Source of the DNA: Mizuhopecten yessoensis
Lineage: Eukaryota
Assembly: GCF_002113885.1 (NCBI RefSeq)
Contig: NW_018404083.1
Coordinates: 69,102-133,101, forward strand
DNA: 64,000 nt
Direction: 5' to 3'
The position numbers and the translations under genes were made by a program. Of this stretch, positions 34,479 to 47,759 are shown piece by piece (within the stretch, counting starts at the first letter, position 1; each line of letters opens with the position of its first letter). The notes below the pieces were generated by a model that saw only the letters and a list, made by a program, of their open reading frames with translations, was not told the DNA's origin and made no database searches.

Positions 34479-36124
34479 CATCCACCCAAAAATCACTCTG
34501 AAGGTGATATTGCTTGAAAGAGACAGCAGTCTGCAGACCTACTTAGTGTACAAATAATCTCTAATCATTTAATATAAATATATGTGTGTGTGGGTGGGTG
34601 TTTTGTCCCTTTCGTTGTTGGATCGGAAATGTATGGACTGATTTTGTTCACCGTTCGTAGCTATAAAACTCGTCTTAATATTTCTGAAGAACACACTTTT
34701 TTTATAAAAAAAAAGGAAAAGCAGTCCATATTTTGGTCGTTTTGTCATTTTTGTCAACGACAAACACAAATCAGCTGAACTTTGAAGTTTAAAATGAACT
34801 CTCACGTGTTCCATTTAATATATTCGTGTTAATGATCATGTAATCACATATAGCTAATACAAATGGACTAGAAGATATAGAGCATCACTTCATTGATGCT
34901 TCATTGATGTTGCAACACATACAATGTAACACAATCAACACAAAATCAAAGGTTAAAGTCATCTTCTAGAACACGTTTCAACAATGTCCGCCCTTAAGTC
35001 CTATACCTTATACTTTGCTCACAGCAACATTTTTCTTAATCGTGCACATTAAAATCATTGGAATATTTGATCTTTTGGGAAACGTTAGAGCGGTTTTAAG
35101 TTCAATAACTCGCTGACAGACACAAACCTCCAAAAGAACTTGAGGATTTTTACCATCCGCCGAAATATAATTTCGGATGCAAATACTGCATTCATTTTGC
35201 CCATTTTAACTCTCGCAATAAGTTATAAACTCCATGTTTGCCTAGTGTTAATTTCGCTCTTCGAATGTAATTTCTATTTATAGCAATCTGTGTACTTATA
35301 TTTGCTGTCGTGACAATTCGCCCCCAATACCAAAGACAAAAGTTAAACGGCACTGAGCGGCAAACATTTCCGTGTAAGATTTGTTTTCTTTATTCATGAA
35401 AATATATACATATCATATGTGTCAGAACGTTTTAAGTTCGACAAGTCCCTTTTCAAGCTTTGTCTGACAATTTGACGAAGGGATGGGTCGATACGTTCGT
35501 TGTTTGTGTATATATTACAGTAATTCCCCAGTATAAGTTTCAATCATGGTGGTCAATTCAGTTTTCAATTGTCCTTGCTGCGTCAACTTGGTCATTTAAC
35601 GAATCAATACAAGACACAATGGAACATGACATTAAATGTTTGAATACTCCGAGAGATGAAATTGTTCCCACAAAACAGTCCAATTTGGATATGTTTTCCT
35701 CGGGTAGGACCTGCCCCCGTTGAAACCCTGTTAAAGTACCGTACATATCTGTACTCTGCTTCCCGGACTGTGCTAAAATCGGTGGGTTATACAAATTTAA
35801 ATTTAAATTATATTTTATTAACTAATACTGATTAAAACGCATCAAATAATAAACGTTATCTGTCTGCATTCATTTCAAAATCAATATTTGTATGTATATT
35901 GCAGTGTTTGTTTCAGATGAATGTCTACATTTTACTGCACACGTGTTACATACATTCGGCTGTCCTACCGAAACCCCGTTGTATCGCCACCCCGTTATAC
36001 CGCCAAAATTGGCACAACACAAAATGTGGCAGTATAACGGATGACTAAGAACTGTATATATTCAAGATTTCCCTGTTTACAATATACGTTGAAAGTCACA
36101 CTTTCACAAATATGATTGCAAATA

Positions 36125-39100
36125 TCATAACTTTGACTTCTTGTCGTCAATGTTCATCACAGTCCTAGGATATAAATCCTTCTTCATTATCTCAAGCATA
36201 TCTCGGTCAATCCCAGTGCGTCCTAAAGCCCCGATCGCCAGTCGCTTAGCAGCGCCCATAAGGGTAGGTAACTCTCCAATCTCGTCCACCAGACCGAGGC
36301 TCTTTGCTTCTGGGCCTGGAATTGATCGAGCAAACAGGACTGCCTCTCTGACTGCGTTGGTATTCTTCATTTTATTACTATTGAAAAATAAAATAAGAAT
36401 AAGAAAATAAATATGCTCTTTTACTTCTATTCGTATAAGGTATCTGTTAAAATTATATCTTTCATGGTTCTATAACGACAGATTTGTTTTTTCCTCTGTC
36501 GGATAATTCAAAACGTTCAATGCAGGCTAGTGTGTGTGTTAAAATGTAGCATATAACCTCAATATTAAAATTAAACCTAAAGTATGGTATTGTCACCGAA
36601 AACCTCAACCTCGATCCTTATAAGTCATACTTAAATACCCCAATTAAACATCGTTAGATATTTAATTTTGATATTTTGAACTTGTACTTAGTAATTATTG
36701 GTTTGAAGCTCGTATGCTTATCCGTAAAAGAGAAATGTAGGCCTGTGTGACTTAGGTATATAAATGAACTTAAAACAGGTAGCTGGTCAAAGTGGTGGCT
36801 GGCCTTCAAAGGGAAGCTTAAGCTGTCACAATGATGGGAAGAAATGTTTATACAGTGTTAAACCAATCAGATCGAGGTATGCTGGTATTTCTTGTACAAA
36901 AGGAGACTAGGAAGGACAAAGAGCTGCATCGAAGCCTCCTATAGCCAATTTGGGTATTTGCATGTACGGGTGTTGCATGAGCATCACCAGAAAACAACGA
37001 AACCAAAGCCACGTCCGACAACAAAGCCCTGATTTGGATCTCGACCTCCACCCCTACGGAGTCCAACTGTTAGTGAATTATCTGAGGAAGAAGGTAGCAG
37101 TGAGGAGGAATGAGATAGTTGGGTGACGGTGCCTCCAGTAGAGCGGACTGTGATCGACGATGTTACAGACGTTAAAGAGCCATGAAAGAGGCTACGGAAG
37201 AACCTTCGGTGGGGTAAGTCCCCTACCGAAAAGGAAGGATCTCTGGATGGAAGGAAAAAGGATGACGACACTGCCTGACATCAATAGAAATGAGAAATTT
37301 ACAGATCATTAGGCTCTGACAGACTTTACTTTCGAAGTGCAGAGAGGTGACAGCGGTCATTTTGTTGGACATGGAGGAAGTTAGCCTGCCTGACAACGCC
37401 AAGCAATAAAGCATTTTCTCCGAAATAGATAGATGTTGTAAAATATCTGCTGGAAAATATAGGATATGTTGCATCTTCAATAATGGTAGGGTAGATAGTT
37501 CTATGCTTAGTGGTAATTCAAGTGATTCTGTCTAATTATAGCTTCAATTAACATTAGCGGTTGAAGTGTCATACCACCATGTTAACTTGCCCCCTTGATT
37601 GACCCTTACCTGTTGCAAGGACGAAAACCCATGAAAACAAACATTGTTTGATAAGGGTCTAGTTCGATATATCTAACATGTCGCGTTTTTTAGCCAATCA
37701 AAATTCACGTTAGATTCGTTGCGTTACTAAATATGAAATAGTATAAAAGCGATTTTAGTTTAACAACCAAGTTGAAAATTATACATATATTTATTTGAAT
37801 ATTTACCTTAGGACCTCCCGAGTAGCCGCTGGTATGCGTAGTCCGACCCGAGTCTCATTCATAGAAAACCAGCCTCGCTTTGAATTCATCACTATGTAGT
37901 CGTGTGTAATAGCCAAAAAGGCACCTCCGGCAAATGCATGCCCTTAAAAGATAGTGATTGATAATGAAAAGCCGTAACACATGCAAAAACTAATTAAACA
38001 TGGCGAGGTTGATTTTTAGTTGGGTTTATTTTATTTATCAACTTTTAACCAATGTACAAAGAGCGAAAAATGTCAAGCAAGAAACAAAACACTTAATCCT
38101 TCATTCTGGTAAGAGATTAAAAAAATATTCTTTCTTTTTAATTTTTTTTTTTTTTCAATTTTTCGCATTAACCGGAAAATATGTGAAACAGACAAAATAT
38201 AAATCAACAAGAGTGTTCTGAGAGTAAATTTTCAGATGGGCTAGACCGGGATTCGAACCCAGGACTACAGATTGTTATACAATTGATCTAACCGATTGAG
38301 CTACCTGATCAAAATGAGGTGTCCTCGCAAAAATGTGCTTAACGAAGTTAAAGGGAGGTAACTGTATATATAGGAAAAGCCACACTGCAATGTGACAGGT
38401 ATCCTTAAATTTGAACACAATAATCCATATATCAACCAGAACATGACTGCAGCTTGACGGTCGTATCGGATTCCGTTTCGATGGGTTACAATAGACTGAA
38501 AACGAAAGTTATAGCTGTGCAGCAAACAGGTCATTCATTTCCCGCCATTACTCACCATTTAGAAGTGCCACTGTCGGAAGGGGAAAGTGAGTCATTCTCC
38601 ATAACAAACTCTCGATTTCGGACCGGAAGTGGAGGTGTACCTCTTTTGACTGCTTCATCAACCATTTTAAATCTACCCCATTGCTGTAGAATTTACCTTC
38701 GCCAGTTGTTATCAAAGCCTTGCAGCTCTTATTTCTGGAATGTTTAATCAAATTATCTAATTCTATTTGAACCAAGCTATGTGCATACAAAGTTTACCAT
38801 CTATCATAACCTGAAAATTGTATGTTGTTTTTTTACAGTATTTGTTTTTTTTAGGGGTTTGTTTAAATGAAAAAGAAAATGATTTGTTACTGATATCACA
38901 GAAAATAATAACAAAATTACTGATAATAAAATCGGCACCCTGCGGTAGCCTTTTCCGTCTTTGCGTATTGCAGAGTTATCTTCTCTTGGGAACAGGTATT
39001 GATTGTTACGTCATTAGTCTGTGTGAGAAAATACGTCGTTTTCTCAAAAATTGATGACGTTTCTCTCACAAAAAAAGTGATGTAACAATCAATACCTGCT

Positions 39101-40257
39101 CCCAAGAGAAGATAACTCTGCAATACGCAAAGACGGAATACATTATGAATGCGTAATACCGATTGTATTGGTAATCGTTATGAAATTTGTGGTATATCTA
39201 ATAATATTATAATAATTCGAGATTATCAATACCGCTTTATCACAACCTTATTCGTAAGTCGTCTGAAAGCAGTTTACAAATTATTATCTGTGGTTATGCG
39301 GCATTTGCAAACCAGCCAATATCTTTCTCAACTTATTGGGGAGCATACAACCGGTGCTGCCATTTAGGCGCTCACAGCTAGCATTCAACAATTCCAGCAC
39401 TGCCCAACCACGTACTTTTTTACAGCTGACTTGACTTGAACAAGCGGAATAAAGTATCTTGTTCAAAGATACAACACGGTGCCGTGACTCGAACCCGCAA
39501 CCCCTCGGTCACGAGCCCGGCGTCCTACCTCTTGACTACCGTGCATCTTAAATGGCAAAAATAGCCCAATTGAAAGGGTTTGATCCGTTAAAACTTTTAA
39601 TAACTATACCTGACCATCCGCAATGAATAGAAATTCAATAATACACTTGAGGGTTTTTTATGCGCATGCCAATGTATATTTGCTTACATGTTAAAGATTA
39701 TCTTAAATATTTCTTTTTTAAACTTTGTGTAGACTAGTTACTAAAATATTATCAAAACAAATACTGAAATATTTGTTCCGACATGTTTTACCTTAGCTCA
39801 GCATGATACAATGATACAATCCCCGCAAGAAAATATACAGCACATGCCATTTGATTAAAGTTTTAACACACTCCGAACCATGTATGTCATGTCTTAGAAC
39901 AATCTACATGTATATTAAATAGTTCTGGTGTCAAGGATGATGAAAATAAGTATTATATTAAAGGTGAAATTATTTGCTATCAATTTTGTTTATAAATGAA
40001 AGCGTCAATACGTAGTATTCGAGTAAGTTAACATGAAACATAGGTTTTCGTTTAGATCGGTTATATATACAATTACATGGATCAAGTATGTAGGAGTTAC
40101 CTCCCCTTATTCGCACTCTTGCTCACCTGAGAACCTTGTCGAGATTATCATTGAGAATCTCTAGAAATTCCGCGTTCAAGCGATTCTCTCCATTTTTCAT
40201 CGTGAGAATGGCAAATCCATCGTCAGTAAACTCTACAGAGACTTTGTTCGACGACAT
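36125..40257 (-). CDS. Enoyl-CoA delta isomerase / crotonase-family protein, peroxisomal (paralog B, ~232 aa)
   Basis: Exons 40257-40127 (MSSNKVSVEFTDDGFAILTMKNGENRLN...), 38734-38556 (ALITTGEGKFYSNGVDL...PTVALLNG), 37942-37807 (HAFAGGAFLAITHDY...MNE) and 36377-36125 (...KKSKL*). Internal exon sizes 179 and 136 are identical to paralog A. The C-terminal -SKL is a PTS1. Confidence 0.9.
38238..38408 (-). mobile_element. End fragment of the Kolobok-like element with intact Pol III A/B boxes
   Basis: The minus strand reads TTAA-GGATACCTGTCACATTGCAGTGTG ... GGTAGCTCAATCGGTTAG...GGGTTCGAATCCCGGTCTAGCCC. Confidence 0.65.
38953..39138. mobile_element. Palindromic MITE family A, copy 3
   Basis: Same TIR and internal sequence as 2628-2812. 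Confidence 0.9.
39300..39545 (-). mobile_element. tRNA-derived SINE fragment
   Basis: The minus strand reads GGTAGTCAAGAGGTAGGACGCCGGGCTCGTGACCGAGGGGTTGCGGGTTCGAGTCACGG (A and B boxes), followed by TCCTTG-like SINE body sequence. Confidence 0.55.
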
Positions 40258-41762
40258 TGCGGATAAAATCACCTCCGGTAAACCTTCCAAACCTTATGAC
40301 TTTACACTTGCCTTGTGTACAGTAGACGCCGTATCTAAATTTAGTAACACTATTTTCACACTTTGGCCGACCATGTGATACGTAGCTGTAAATAGGTCGG
40401 GAGTACTCCTTATTTTTACATGATATATTCAGACACTGTTTCAGTATTTGTAGAGAAAATAACTAAACAGGTAAACAAGAAAATGCAGCAAAGCTGCTGG
40501 ACACCAAATCTTTTCCAACAACCTCGAGGGAACGGATCCTGCATACTTGAATTTACATAATTATAATTATTTTAAAAATTGTAGATGACATTAATTTTGT
40601 CATCCAGAATATTCCGTTCACGCTCAATATCCTTTCATTTTGCACAATTGTCACTCAATAATTGTCCAACAGCGAGCTAATGTACATTTTTAAACGCATG
40701 TGTATATGTCAACGATTAGGTAATTAAGTCATCTTCTGAGAAAGAGAAGCAATATCAACCGTAATCTGTGTTAAAGCGTCAATCTTCTTTTATGTACTAA
40801 TCTATCATTCTACACCCAGCAATAAATATTTTAAAATTAAAGCGTATCAATTATTTTGTAAGGATACACTTGCCATCCAACCTGGTGTTATACAAGGTTG
40901 TCTTTTTCGCCCACCGTATTTAAATTGAATAATTATATCTGTAGAAATAAACTAAATAGTGTTCCCTTCTACACATAATTGATTTATCATTCCATACCCA
41001 GAGTCGCGTGGGCTTTAAAAGAACTTGGATTTGAACTAGATTTACATGGCGTATGTCGTAAGTGAAGCAGAAGACGCTTACCCTTCCGGATCACCTGGGT
41101 CGTATTCATGAAATCGTTAGCATGCTCAAGCATGGATTTTGTGCTCAAACAATTTTCCTTGTAATTCACTTGAAGCATGTTAACCAATGTAAAAGTCAAA
41201 TGTTAACATTCAGAACAGTATTTGGCTGTAAGTCTCTTAAAAAAAGAGTCTTATTCTCCTTGTACTTCGTCTTGAGTTCGAATTACAGCTTTGTTGTTAC
41301 TTAGATATTCTTTTGTTGTATTATTTTTTCCCAAATGTCCACACCACGTTTTCTCAGACATTGTTTTCGCATAAAGTGGCAAGGTTTCCCGGAATATTGG
41401 TCTTGTGAAAGTAGGTAATAGTAGATATAATCATACACTGTAGCAAGCCAACTTAACATTTAATACCTTCAGAGGGGTCGAGAATGTATTTGATTTATCT
41501 TTGAATATAATATGAATATCTAAAAGAAATAAAGATAATTTTAATTTTAATAGAAATGTATTAAAATGAAGCAAATATTTTTCATATCAATTTCGTAATA
41601 GAGATATTTTAATGTAGATTAATAAAGATCTCTATTTATTATGATATACGATAATATGAGATATTTCTATTGTTTATACGATATCTCCGAAGTTAATAGA
41701 AATCTCGATTATTTTATAAAACATCTTTTTGATTAGTACCGACATATCTTTTAGGTATTTTA

Positions 41763-41845
41763 CCCTTTCACCACTGTAGACTATAATGGACTTGTCAAAA
41801 TAAATGTACGGCAGAGTCTACTAAAGTTACCAAGGGGTGAAAGGG
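41763..41845. mobile_element. Tiny piggyBac-like MITE
   Basis: TTTA-CCCTTTCACC ... GGTGAAAGGG-TTAA, i.e. CCC/GGG termini with a (degenerate) TTAA target. Confidence 0.55.
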
Positions 41846-42252
41846 TTAATGAGAAGTTCACTTGCAATACAGACTTACTGTAGACAGAGTCGCGTCATAC
41901 CGGGAATATACGAAAAGTCACTTAATCAGATTTTAATTAAGTTAATTTTTACTTCCGATCCTCCGTATATCACTGTTTTAGTTGTGCAAATGATGATGCA
42001 AGTCCCACCTTATAAGGTAAAAATATGTAAAGATAACTAAAAAATTAAGCTTAATTCGTATTTGAATTTATTGTAAAAAAACCATAACATTATCACAGTA
42101 CATTTGTATTTCACTAATGCAGAAGCATTGAATCTTCAGTTGTTTTGGATGTGTAGCAATCCGCTTGCCAATATTTCTTGAAAGATATAAGATGATTGAA
42201 AATGTTAAACAATGTCACAATGGCAAATGAAAGTCCAATGTAAAGATTGTAC

Positions 42253-45200
42253 TCAACAGCCGGCTTGATCAGCTTTCAAAAAGTGATTTGTATCAATTTT
42301 GAAACTCTTGAAGACGTCCATCAGCTCATCAATCTTGGCCTGAGGAAGAGATCGTTCCCTAGACATGATCCAGGCCTGCTCGAGATGGCTGAGTCCGAGG
42401 ATATCAATACATGAGTAAATGAGTGTATAGGAGGTATAATCTGTCTTCAGGACCCAGTAGTTTCCGTAAGGTGTGTCTGTTGAGAAACGGAGAAATTGTG
42501 TTTTATTAGTCCGTGTTGTTTTACCATCTTTATGAAACATAAAGTAAAAATGTTATATTCACTTTTTATATCGATTTTTCAGGGTTCGAACTATCAGAGT
42601 TTTATTTACTAAGATAAAGAAGAGACTTGGCCGGGACCGGAGAAATACTTCGAGATAAACGGTGTCTTTCAGTTAAAAGAGTTCGAGATAACGAGGTTCG
42701 ACTGTATTTGATATGATTTTTCTACGCTCGATTATTTTGAATCCTTCAATCTGCATGTTGTTTTTTTATTTTTATTTCATGTTATTGAAAATATGCCATT
42801 TACAAATAATGACGTAAAGTGTTGTTGAAAACATATATGAAAACATATATTTATCACAAGATGTCAATAAACATGTCCGGAATTGTACTTGTCGACAGTT
42901 GACACGAATACATTTGATATTAATTTCTGTCTAGTATATTGTTGTGAATATTTCCTTTTCTTCTTCTGTAAACTAATTTTACTGCCATAAAATATGTTTA
43001 TCGTGATTTCAATGGCGATGATCATATTGAATTCAAATTTGTTTCCGCGGGGTTCTTATTTTCGCGTTTTACATATTTCTTGGTAGTTAAATACTCCTTC
43101 AAACGAGTTGATGTCAAATCAGACAAACTGATATGCTTCTGCTTTCTATTTGAAAAACACTAAAGATCAAATTTATTTATCTTATCGGTTATTTTAGTGA
43201 GTAAACATGACGTATCAGGATCTATAACTGGAAGTCAGTTGTAATTGAAAAGAAACAAATGAAATGGATGATTGACGTGTATGTTAATTACTTACGGGCT
43301 GCGAATCTGATCTTGAGTTTGGAGGGAGAGTTCTGGGGGTCATTCTGATAAGCGTCACCAATAGCTATTGAGGGTTTGCCTGTTTTGGGGCTACAACAGA
43401 AAAAATATTAATGAAACCATCTGATAATCTTATTATATTTCCATTTTCAAATGGAGTCATATTATGTTCTAAACCCAAAAGTGGGTAGTGATGGTGCATG
43501 TACCAGAGGCTGGATTGAAATTTCCGTGCGGAAGGATGTGAGTGTTTCCAAATCGTTAAAGAAAGAAAAACATAAGAAATTCAGTTATCTTTCTCCTTTT
43601 CTAAAATCGTTAATAGCAAACTCATTTTCTTATCTCGTTTCTATTTTACTGCGACAGAAAATTGTATATTAAAACTTGTACTGCCTTCTGTTGCGGTTAT
43701 TCTGTTGACACGTAATGATGTTGATCATGGTATTTATGTACTCACTCAAAGCCCTCGTTGTGAACGTAGATGTGGTTGTTGGCTTGAAGGGTATAGTTGG
43801 CGGTGATGCACCTCTGTCCCTTCTCGTAGCTAGTCGGGAATCGGTAAAGTTCATACCAAATTCCGAGGTACTGCAAGGAACGAAGTCATTATTAGCAAAA
43901 GTTCAAAGTAAACGCAAACGTATTGTTAACACATAGTGATTTAAGCACTAGATGGTCATTAGTACTGTGAGTGTGCAGTTAGTCTAAGCACGTTATTTCT
44001 CAGCAGGCACGCGACCAAAATTCAATAGGTTGAAGTTTAGTCGATCACCGTCCGAGTTGAAAAATTGCTGTTGTTTCAATTGTTAAAGAAGTGTTGTTTA
44101 TCTACTATATATAAAGAGAAAGTTCTTTGTAAGCATACAATTTTTGTACGTACGAGTTAAAAATCTCTTTTGGAACGTTTGTCGAATTGTAATATACATT
44201 TATTTGACCGAGGATTAGGGGGGTGATGGTGTTGCCCGACCCAAAAAATATTTTATCGGCTTTAAACGATTTTTATAAGACGGTACAATTCGTAATGCTG
44301 TACAGAATATTGGCTCAGATTGTTAATCTGTATCATTAAACCAATCTAAACATTTGTATTTTTATTTCAAATTCGACCGTCTTATAAAAATCGTTTAAAG
44401 CCGATAACATATTTTTTTTGTGTCGGGCAACATCAGTTCCCCCTAATCCTCGGTCAAATAAATGTATATTGCAATTCGACAAACGTTCCAAAAGAGATTT
44501 TAACTCGTATGTACAAAAATGGTATGCTTACAAAGAACTTTCTCTTTATAAATAGTAGAGCTGATTGCACATAATCGAATTAGTAAGTGCCAGTTGGCTG
44601 CTACTGAAATCTGAACTGTTTGACTTGTACAGACTACGGTCATATCAAAAAGATAACTGTTTAATACACAGTAGCGTTTTCTTTTTCAATTTCATGTACG
44701 TAAAACTTTGTTAAGCTTTTGGTAAGATAGATTCAAGGACTAAAGCTAGCATTGAAGTCCATCGCGAACAAAGACAGCGTCCATGATAACTTCAGGCCCG
44801 AAGTCTGGTTTAGTATTTTAAAGGTCGACTTCAGGACTGAAGCTATCACGGAAGCACGAAAGTGGCAAGTCCATTGATCGTAAGAAACCATATTATAAAA
44901 TGTACATAAATATATATATTTGTATAATTAAGACTTGTTTATTTCTCGGTCAATCGAATCGTCCTAAGAAAGCACGATAAATCCTATTAACAAAGTGCAT
45001 TTTGAAAATAAATATCGTTGGAACCTTGATCGCAAAAACATAACCACGAAAATAAGCGGTTTACATCGAATCCAATTTTAAAACAAAAGTACCAATGAAA
45101 AAGATATAAATTAGAGTTTAATGCGTTTATTAAGGAACAACCGCGAAATATGTATTCCTGAGATTCATGAAAATTAGGAGATGCACAGTCAGTCAAATTA

Positions 45201-45661
45201 AAATAAAAGATAATAATAAAATATATTTTGAATCTATGTCTAGTCAAATATATCTGCAAATGTAAACACAACTTTTAACAAATGCTAAAGAACATTACTC
45301 ATTGTAGATTTTTGCTCGGGCTGCTTTCTTTTGTCTCGTTTCGGAAATTTGTATAAAAGCAAGACATTTTTTCTTTAGTGAGGCAACGGAGGGCGGGAGC
45401 CTGATAGTTCTCTACAGTATTTTTTTTATTTAGATTTTAATTGGAATAGTTTTAGAAATCAGTGTTTCAATTTGAACTTTGATAGGTCAATTATCTAGTG
45501 AACATTATCTAGCTGTTCTATAGAACTGCACCGTTATAAAGACATACCTGGCTGAGATCAAAGCTTTGCTGCGTGGTTGCAGATGGGCATCCTCCGAAAC
45601 TGAAAGACTGTGCTGAGGTCAGGGCAATAGCCGCCGCTAGAAGTAAAGCTTGTCCGATCAT
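42253..45661 (-). CDS. APOD: Apolipoprotein D-like lipocalin (paralog 1, ~185 aa, secreted)
   Basis: Exons 45661-45548 (signal peptide + QSFSFGGCP..QSFDLSQ), 43870-43746 (YLGIWYE, lipocalin SCR1; RCITANY), 43390-43296 (..KLKIRFAA) and 42476-42253 (YWVLKTDYTSY, SCR2; AWIMSRER, SCR3; DQAGC*). Four Cys lie in the ApoD pattern. Confidence 0.92.
44101..44559. mobile_element. Fold-back element: ~185-bp inverted arms around a ~90-bp spacer
   Basis: 44101-44284 is the near-exact reverse complement of 44376-44559. Both termini read TCTACTAT(A/T)TATAAAGAGAAAG. Confidence 0.85.
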
Positions 45662-45734
45662 TGTCGTATTGATGATGTCGTGTTGGTCAGTTCCTGTGAA
45701 AGTCTGCACACTTTTCATAGCGTTCCCACCCGCC

Positions 45735-45903
45735 TTATATAGGCAGTTGGGAACTCCGGATTCACATGTTTCGGAGCGTGTTTCAAAATGGAAACTATAC
45801 AGGTCAAGTTATGAAACATTTTCTTCGGAGTATTGACCATAAACATCCATGTTCACATTCCAGAGTTGTGAAGGACAACGCTTGGACTTGGTCTGATAAG
45901 GTC
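45735..45903 (-). promoter_or_regulatory. ApoD-1 promoter: TATA box and motifs conserved with the ApoD-2 promoter
   Basis: On the minus strand: TATATAA 45741-45735, AATGTTTCATAACTT 45820-45806, CACAACTCTGGAAT 45870-45857 and GACCTTATCAG 45903-45893. Confidence 0.7.
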
Positions 45904-47549
45904 AAAGAGATATGTTTGACCGACAGTCTTTACAAGGCCCTCCGTCTCGGGCATGTGCAATAAGCATGTTAGGGTCATGAAATATTCCTTGACTAAATTG
46001 ATGTTATAATAGCTGAAGAATACCCGTACTTCTGTTAAAACAGTAACTATCAATTGGAAACACTTTTATACCGGCATGGCATTACCTTAGAGAGACAGTT
46101 GCGGAACTTGATAATGATAAGTATGAAGTAAAAATGGTAAAGCAATCAACGGCAGTGTTCTGAGAGAATAAAGCAACGGACACAAAACGGGACTCGAACC
46201 CAGGACCTCCGATCACAATTATTTCGCTCTTATCAATTGACCGGATCAGAGGTAGTTTCCTAGCCCTTTTTCTATTACAGTTGAAATATCTTGCAATGAT
46301 CAAGGATGAACTTCGAATCTACATTTGATAGTATCATGGAAAATTTGATACATTGTAAAACTAACACCACTAAACCCATGTAAAAATGACACTGAGTTTT
46401 GTATGAAATGATTGCAAAAAATATCTCCCTAAGTGAAAAGAAATAAATCATGATAATATTGTATTCAGTATTTGAGCCTTGGTGCAATGTGCAATTTGTT
46501 TCTTGTAAAAAAAAGGTTGTTGATTTGTTTTAAGCTAAACAAAATCCTGTATTTCGCTCAAGTGACAGTTTTTAAATGTTATTTACATATCAATACCAAT
46601 GAATTCACAGTAGACTTTTAGATGTTCGTAAATGAAATGATTAGTTCATACATACATATTGTTGTCCTAATCTAAACAGCATGCAAACCACTAGAGAATC
46701 ATAATGCATAGTTGCATTGTTTGGGCGTTGTGTAGGACCACTACCTGTTTATATCATGGTCGAGCTTTATTGTAAAATAAACTTTGTAACTTTGCTTTTA
46801 CTATTATATTAAAATGGACAATTCTTCATAACACAAAGAAACACGTGAAATGCAAACTGATATGAAATTGAATTCGTTTGTAACAGTCATGTTTATCCAC
46901 ACTCCACCTCGCCAGACAAACTCGACACCGTTCGTACCGCTGGCCTTGTGGTTGACCTTCACTATGGATAGGACTGAAAGATAGGGCTCAAACAACCCTC
47001 CACACATACCGTGGTTGTGAGGGTGCATGTTTGGGAAGTAGCCAATTAAGTACCTATGTCCTTAGATGGGAGTACAGTAAGTACACTTTACACCCATAAT
47101 ATAGCCGAGGATGGCCGTGGCCTTGTACCTGGAATTCATCCAGGCGTAGTTTATATGACATTTTTTTATAGGCAACTTACATCTCTGTTGTATTCTTCTA
47201 TATATTTCGGAATACATTTGACAAAGATTTTTATTCTTTTAGCCTTAAGTATCACTGATGAGTTTAAATAGAGGAAGTAGCCATTTGGTGCAGTCAATAT
47301 TTACCCTATTTGACTTTCTGCATCAGCAATTTATCTATCTTAATACGTTCTTTTCGATATTTTTGGTGGGTTTTTTTTGTGATTGTCATTGTCTTTGGCA
47401 TTTCTTACTAAACTGAAATGCGAAGAAACGTTTGCAATTCCTATGCAAGCTAAGTAGTTTAATTGTGTTGTAATGTAATTATTTACCAACATAAACGATA
47501 AACGATATACAGGCTGAGTATGTTTAGCATGAAAATAATTAACATGGGT

Positions 47550-47759
47550 ACTGTAAAATCAGATATTTTCGTGGGGACCAAATTTCGTGCTTTACCGAAA
47601 AGAACACCATTTCGTTGGTACATGAATTCGTGGAATACGAGAACAACCTCCAACGGAGAAAAGCTTATAATTACTTCATGGACCAATGAATTAGTGGATG
47701 AATGTTACCCACGAAATCGACGAAATTAAAAACCCTACGAAAATGACTAATTTTACAGT
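47550..47759. mobile_element. TA-flanked Tc1/mariner-type MITE
   Basis: TACTGTAAAATCAGATATTTTCGTGGGG ... CCCTACGAAAATGACTAATTTTACAGT. A related copy is at ~54710-54935. Confidence 0.65.

Noticed and set aside
17776-40257. Recent horizontal transfer or bacterial contamination to explain the microbe-like ECI and repeat-domain genes
   Set aside because: All genes have multiple spliceosomal introns filled with host repeats. Only an ancient origin is possible, and that needs phylogenetics.
47550-47759. Palindromic element lying almost exactly midway between the two ApoD start codons, as a possible cause of the inversion
   Set aside because: It belongs to a dispersed MITE family (another copy at ~54.7 kb) and is much better preserved than the duplication arms. 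Its position is probably coincidental.
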